Both the position numbers and the translations under genes were made by a program. A DNA stretch of 64,000 bases from Candidatus Kaiserbacteria bacterium (GTDB lineage Bacteria; Patescibacteriota; Minisyncoccia; Phycocordibacterales; UBA2100), in NCBI GenBank assembly GCA_017134395.1, contig CP070993.1, positions 23,231 through 87,230 on the forward strand. Direction: 5' to 3'. This document shows, piece by piece, positions 59,024 to 64,000 of this stretch. The notes under the pieces were generated by a model, which saw nothing but the letters and a program-made list of their open reading frames with translations, was not told the DNA's origin and ran no database searches. How positions within the stretch are numbered: the first letter of the stretch is position 1; each line of letters opens with the position of its first letter.

Positions 59024-59233
59024 ATGGAAAACACAGAAAAAGAATTAACAATAAATCAGGTACTAGTTGAGATTGCAGGTATAGAGCAGCAGATTCTTAT
59101 GGGTCCTGCAGATTCTGAGTCAGATCAGTTACAAGCTATTCGTAGTGCATTAACTAGTGGAGAGATAACTCCTCGGGAAGCACTTCTGAAGGCTCGAAGA
59201 ATCGAACAAGAAAGATCATCACACTATCGTTAA
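59024..59233 (+). CDS. small hypothetical protein
   Basis: 69-aa ORF with TAGGAT -10-like box 7 nt upstream. Confidence 0.6.
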   Translation: MENTEKELTINQVLVEIAGIEQQILMGPADSESDQLQAIRSALTSGEITPREALLKARRIEQERSSHYR

Positions 59234-60297
59234 AGTTCTTGTGAGCGTAATGTAGGCGTTCCTGATTGTGCTTCAAATACAGTACGTCCGATAAGTGCGC
59301 CACGCGCCGTTTCTACACTACAGCGCCACGTTCCGTCATCAACTTGTGAAGTTTGCGTGTATCCACGAAAGCCGTCTTTACGGCCACCAGTAATAGGGAA
59401 AGGTATCCGCGCTATGGTAGCCCAAGTCTCCGTTATCTCGTCATATTTTTCCCAGCGGTGTCGAATATCTGTCGCTAGTTTTGTTGGAGCGTATACGGAA
59501 GTGAAGCAAAAAGTAGTGGAATCTGATTCGTTATTGAACGAAGCACTCGTATCTTTCCAGAACTCGAACCATCGTGGAGCCTCGTATGTTGCAGCGTAGC
59601 TATTTCCAGTGCGCACAACAGAATGGTATATACCTATGTGTTTAAGAGACAATGGAACCGGTGGAATGAGATTCGAAAAATATAAACCGGAAAAAAGAAG
59701 AGTGATGGCGACTACTGTAATAATGATATTTCGTCGTGCTCTCTCGAACGATTCTTGAGTTACGTACGAAAGTAATTGAATATAAGCGTACGTTATCATT
59801 AGGGCGAGTAAGGCACTGGCTACAAAAACCATTGCGCCGATTCTGTTTAGGAGTATTGGTACAATAAGACCACTGTAAGTAAGAAGTAGCACAAACCAAA
59901 TGGTTACACGCACATGTGTGCGAGCGTAGCGTTTTCGGAATAACTCGTTACTCAGAAGAAGAAGGGCTAACATTCCGATAAAAATAGCACTTCCTGCAAA
60001 GGTGCCGCTGTGTGCGTACAAAATCATCAATCCGCTAGCAAGGTTACCAAAGCTGAATTGCAGAATGCTCAAAAGCACCAAGCGTTTATTGGTGCTTTCT
60101 GTATTTTTACGCGCCTGAAGCAGGAGCATTGTTATGGCGCTCAGGAGGAGGTATCCAATAATCACTATATTCTCAAATAGAGCGTCCGGTTGGTTTAGTG
60201 TAAGAAGGTCAAAAAAGAATCCAAATACTAGTGCAGCAGTTGGCACAAAAGGAAGGTATGACTTAAATTGTGTTGGAATGTACGAAGCGGGGAACAT
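59230..60297 (-). CDS. DUF2914-like membrane protein
   Basis: About 7 TMs, then FTSVYAP...HRW...ITGGRKDGFRGYT...GTWRCSVET. Confidence 0.8.
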   Translation of the reverse strand: MFPASYIPTQFKSYLPFVPTAALVFGFFFDLLTLNQPDALFENIVIIGYLLLSAITMLLLQARKNTESTNKRLVLLSILQFSFGNLASGLMILYAHSGTFAGSAIFIGMLALLLLSNELFRKRYARTHVRVTIWFVLLLTYSGLIVPILLNRIGAMVFVASALLALMITYAYIQLLSYVTQESFERARRNIIITVVAITLLFSGLYFSNLIPPVPLSLKHIGIYHSVVRTGNSYAATYEAPRWFEFWKDTSASFNNESDSTTFCFTSVYAPTKLATDIRHRWEKYDEITETWATIARIPFPITGGRKDGFRGYTQTSQVDDGTWRCSVETARGALIGRTVFEAQSGTPTLRSQEL

Positions 60298-60418
60298 GTA
60301 AACGTATGCTAACACAAGCATACTTATACATGGTTATTTTATACCCAGTACGTTGTAGTTATGTCTTTTTATAATATGCATCATGCTAAAATGCATGTAA
60401 CGTAAATATGTATACATC

Positions 60419-63400
60419 ATGATGGCAAATTCAGAAAAACTAAGCACTGCTTCGACTGATTCAGTTGAAGCTGTTTCAGTTGCTCACCTGTCAGATACAC
60501 AGATTCTTGAAGCATTAAAAGGAAAGGGTCCATTGAAAGAGATTCTTGGTTTTGTGGAACAGATACCCAGAAGTGCAACTCCTGACATAATAATTTCAGA
60601 AGATGCATCAGAGGATATACTTAAGAAATTGTTAGAAAGTTCTAGTGCTGGCAGTTATGTTGAAGACAACAGAGAGAGAATTAAATCGGTTATTGAGCGT
60701 GCGTACGCATTGATAGCGTGGAAGCACATAGCACCACAGGGAGAGGAGATGATTAGTGTAAATGATGATAGCAAGCTGGGATATAAGCTATTTAAGGAAT
60801 TCGAAAACAAATTAAATAGTGCCCCGCTCGGCCAATCTGTTGCTCAAATTGCAGCTCTTGTAAGTACTCCAAAAGACACAACAAAAAAGAAGAAGGGTGT
60901 TGCGCCTGATGACCTTGATGCAGAAGGTGCAGAAAAGATGGGTAACCTCATTACAGCTATAAACAAGACAATGAAAGATGGTACGCCTGACGCTAAGCGT
61001 GTGGTTATAGATATGAAAGAGTGGGTACGTAAGTTGCCAGGAGGGACTCCTCGAGCAAATAGCAGAAAAGCTGCAGCTACTGAAGTGGCTGAACAAATGG
61101 ATAATGTGGTATCGCTTTTCGAAGAGGATTTAAGAAAAATGCCAAAGTATGTTCAGCAGAACATGGCACCACACAAACTTCTTGGAATACCGATTCCTTT
61201 TTTGCGCAGAGGGCAAGTCTTGGCTGGTAAGACAGGGGTAGCACGAGGTATCGAAATGGGTACTACCGTCATGGAAACAAGTTCTCTTGTTGCAGCGTCA
61301 TCTTTTATTCTTGCAGCAGCTATGGCTACTCCACTTACGATCACTCCAAGTAGTAACTTTACTGCATGGAGCGCCGCAGCTTTGGCCGCATTTACTGTCT
61401 TCGCGAGCCAGTCGTATATTTTTAAGCAGCAAAGTGAACAGGCATTAGTTGAGGCTAAAACTAAAATAGGTGCAATTGGGAAAGCTATCGCTGCACATCC
61501 TGTAAGTTATCCATTTAGAGGATTAGTTACTGGTGCTTCAACCTTCACCATCTTTCTGGCACTAGTAGGTGCAGATAGAAGTGTTGAGCGAGCACAAGAC
61601 ATAGCGGCACTTATTGAACCACATAGAGCTGCTATTGAAAATGAATTAAACCAGGTAACACAACAAACTCCGGGTAAGAGCGCTGCATCGAAGTTATTTA
61701 GTTGGATTTCTTCAATCGTTCCTTCTGGAATAGGAGATACTCAAGAATTTGCTCTTTTAAATGACGTAGCAGAGATTCCTACCGAATTACGACATAGAAT
61801 GGAAATTGCAGTACGTGCTGAAGCTGGTGATGCAGATGCGCAAGCACAGGCAAAAAATTGGGGTATCCCATATTCATCTACTGCTGGTCTAGGTCCCAAG
61901 GCGTTGTCACTCGCTGCACTAGTGGGTATCTCTGTAAACGATGCGGAAGCCTTGACTGGAAGTGAGGCCATGACCACAGGCGAAATAACGCCAGGAATTG
62001 CACAAACGCGCCAACAAATACGAGCCTTTGCAGAAAGACATGAATTAAATCTTACGGACGATCAGATGGAGAATCCTCAGTTTGTTATGAATGCTCTTGT
62101 AATGAAGTTTCAAAACAATGCACTAGGTATGTTTGAGGAGTTTGGGGAACAGCGTAGTGAACTAACAAGAGTCTTAAGATTAACAGCATCTATGAACATT
62201 TTGGACTCTTTGTATAGTACTTTTGCGAAATTCCAACCGCCTGTTGATCCTAAAGAAATACCGTACCGCTTAAATGCTCTCGAGAGTAACGCTGAAGATA
62301 TAGCTCAGCAATATAATGAACAACTTGCTAATCCAGCAGAGGAGCTTAGTCTTATTGTTGCAAATGGTTTTAAATCTATATACGGGAGAAATGTTAACGT
62401 AAGTGAAATATCAATTTCTCCACCACCACTTAATCTTGATTTCACCGAAATCAAAAAGTTAGCTAAAATTATTCAAGATGCTACGAATAATATAACAGCT
62501 GATGATGTTGAAGTCGGCGGATCAATGGATAATATGGAGGCTGAGTTAGAGAGCGACTTAAGTGACATTGATCAGAGAATAGAAAATGTTACTGACTTGC
62601 TGGATCCTAGAAACGAGATTGATGAAATTGTTGCTAGGAGATATGGATCTGATATAAGCGAAGAAGAACGACAATCTATGGTGGCATTCGAAATACTTAA
62701 GAACGCTACCTTGGCTCTCTCGATAGAATTTATAGCACTTCTAACTATGTTAGGAGCTGCAGCTGGGCGCTTGAAGGAGATGGAGAATGCTCATGGAAGT
62801 AAGCAGGTAGAGAGAATTGAGAAAGCAGAAGAAAAAATAGTACAAGCTTTCACAAAGCAGATAAATAAACAAATAGCAAAATATCGTCAAATCGTTAATC
62901 AGCAAAAAAAGAATGGGGTTGAACTTCCCTTTCCTTTTGAAGATGTAACTGATGTTGAAGTTAAGCGCGCATTACGTAGTGTAGGTCATAAAGAATTTGT
63001 GAAAATGGGGTTCATTGCAAAAGCAATCGCTCGGGGGCCGTTTTTAAGGAAGATTGATACAAGTAACAGGTATTCTGATTTCCTTTACGCACTTAAGTCA
63101 CCAAAGAATAGTGGTAAGGTAATAGACGAGCTGTTCCCAGGGTGGGGTGCTGTGCTCGGACACTTTAATAAAGTCGACGGTGCTGAAGACAAACGAAAGC
63201 ATAAGAAAGGTGAACGTTGGCTCAAGCCGAAAGAGATAAATCCATTGAAAGACAAGCGAGTATGCGAAATTGCTGTACTTACAGAGCAGAATCGACGATC
63301 TATTTCTAGTATCGAAGTACATGAAGTTCTACTTGAGAAACTTAAAGGGGGCATTTTTGGTAATCGCAGTATTCAAAACTCAACAGAATTATTACCTCAT

Positions 63401-64000
63401 GAGGCAAGTAAAATGGAAGGTGACAACTTACATTTGCATGACGAAGAGTGGAAAGATCTCATTTTTTCTGCAGGAGATGGGAGTGTGCTAGATGATTTAA
63501 ATAGAAGGCTAGAAATTGAACAAGGTAAAGTAGAGACGCGAACTAAACGTATCGAGAGTCTATATAGGGAACTGGAAGATAACCCAATTTTTGGGCGTAC
63601 TTTAGAGGTTGAGAAACAAATTGGTGGAGCCTTCCGCTCAGGTGGCTTAAAAGTTATGCCACGTAAGACAATAGAGGGTAGGATTAAAAGCCTGCTCGAT
63701 ATGCAGAGTAAAGGTAGTTTGAAAGCCCCTTTTGATAGTTTCGATGGTTACATTTCAAGCCTTTTAAAAAGACTTGAAGGCGCTCGTTCTATTGAAGAGA
63801 AGGGAATAGACAAAGAGACAATGAAACAGGCTGACAAGCAAATGAAATTCATTCAAGAGATAATTGAGAAAACCACAGATGGATTTTCGGAAGCTATGAG
63901 GAAAGAATTTGGCTCGTATAGAATTGAGAAGAACATCACAAATGACACAAACGGTGTTTCTTTGCGTTTGCGTATTAAAGATGGCAATAAGAAGATTGTG
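60419..64000 (+). CDS. large hypothetical membrane protein, at least 1194 aa, 3'-truncated by the window
   Basis: MMANSEKLSTAS... reads open where I translated it, and the same frame ends LRLRIKDGNKKIV at 64000. It is absent from the ORF track, consistent with no stop codon. Hydrophobic segments near 61280-61570 and 62700-62765. Confidence 0.85.
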   Translation, partial: MMANSEKLSTASTDSVEAVSVAHLSDTQILEALKGKGPLKEILGFVEQIPRSATPDIIISEDASEDILKKLLESSSAGSYVEDNRERIKSVIERAYALIAWKHIAPQGEEMISVNDDSKLGYKLFKEFENKLNSAPLGQSVAQIAALVSTPKDTTKKKKGVAPDDLDAEGAEKMGNLITAINKTMKDGTPDAKRVVIDMKEWVRKLPGGTPRANSRKAAATEVAEQMDNVVSLFEEDLRKMPKYVQQNMAPHKLLGIPIPFLRRGQVLAGKTGVARGIEMGTTVMETSSLVAASSFILAAAMATPLTITPSSNFTAWSAAALAAFTVFASQSYIFKQQSEQALVEAKTKIGAIGKAIAAHPVSYPFRGLVTGASTFTIFLALVGADRSVERAQDIAALIEPHRAAIENELNQVTQQTPGKSAASKLFSWISSIVPSGIGDTQEFALLNDVAEIPTELRHRMEIAVRAEAGDADAQAQAKNWGIPYSSTAGLGPKALSLAALVGISVNDAEALTGSEAMTTGEITPGIAQTRQQIRAFAERHELNLTDDQMENPQFVMNALVMKFQNNALGMFEEFGEQRSELTRVLRLTASMNILDSLYSTFAKFQPPVDPKEIPYRLNALESNAEDIAQQYNEQLANPAEELSLIVANGFKSIYGRNVNVSEISISPPPLNLDFTEIKKLAKIIQDATNNITADDVEVGGSMDNMEAELESDLSDIDQRIENVTDLLDPRNEIDEIVARRYGSDISEEERQSMVAFEILKNATLALSIEFIALLTMLGAAAGRLKEMENAHGSKQVERIEKAEEKIVQAFTKQINKQIAKYRQIVNQQKKNGVELPFPFEDVTDVEVKRALRSVGHKEFVKMGFIAKAIARGPFLRKIDTSNRYSDFLYALKSPKNSGKVIDELFPGWGAVLGHFNKVDGAEDKRKHKKGERWLKPKEINPLKDKRVCEIAVLTEQNRRSISSIEVHEVLLEKLKGGIFGNRSIQNSTELLPHEASKMEGDNLHLHDEEWKDLIFSAGDGSVLDDLNRRLEIEQGKVETRTKRIESLYRELEDNPIFGRTLEVEKQIGGAFRSGGLKVMPRKTIEGRIKSLLDMQSKGSLKAPFDSFDGYISSLLKRLEGARSIEEKGIDKETMKQADKQMKFIQEIIEKTTDGFSEAMRKEFGSYRIEKNITNDTNGVSLRLRIKDGNKKIV

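Noticed and set aside
364-63491. Numerous 60-190 aa antisense or alternate-frame ORFs within long genes
   Set aside because: They are shadows of well-supported genes on the other strand or frame, with no motifs or initiation signals.

Overview
This 64-kb window looks like chromosomal DNA from a reduced-genome Patescibacteria (CPR, probably Parcubacteria-type) bacterium. The taxonomy is an inference from gene content: PheT without the tRNA-binding OB domain, a 413-aa ThrRS without an editing domain, a NusB-Nudix fusion, a short hinge-less SMC, rpsP-khpA-trmD without rimM, and mostly SD-less or leaderless starts. TGA is used as a stop, so the genetic code is standard. Housekeeping genes include pheS (partial), pheT, gyrB, thrS with a T-box, dnaE, rnhB, rpmF, nusB, rnc, smc, two tandem rnr, rpsP, khpA, trmD, rpoB, rpoC, dnaG, rpoD, a UvrD-nuclease fusion, dsbA, uppP, hisS and ung. 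They are interleaved with accessory genes. The main points of interest are: (1) a 4.4-12 kb surface module with a sortase, a VPYTG-tagged Tyr/Asp-repeat protein and two further extremely Tyr-rich secreted proteins, most with their own near-consensus promoter; (2) a set of orphan genes that, unlike the core genes, carry strong Shine-Dalgarno sites, some preceded by a 5' hairpin and a boxA-like motif; (3) an unusually short T-box; (4) a long hairpin directly after rnc; and (5) a membrane-protein ORF of more than 1190 aa that runs off the right end and is absent from the ORF track. I found no rRNA, tRNA, CRISPR array, integrase or transposase. All product calls come from motif recognition by eye; no database search was run.
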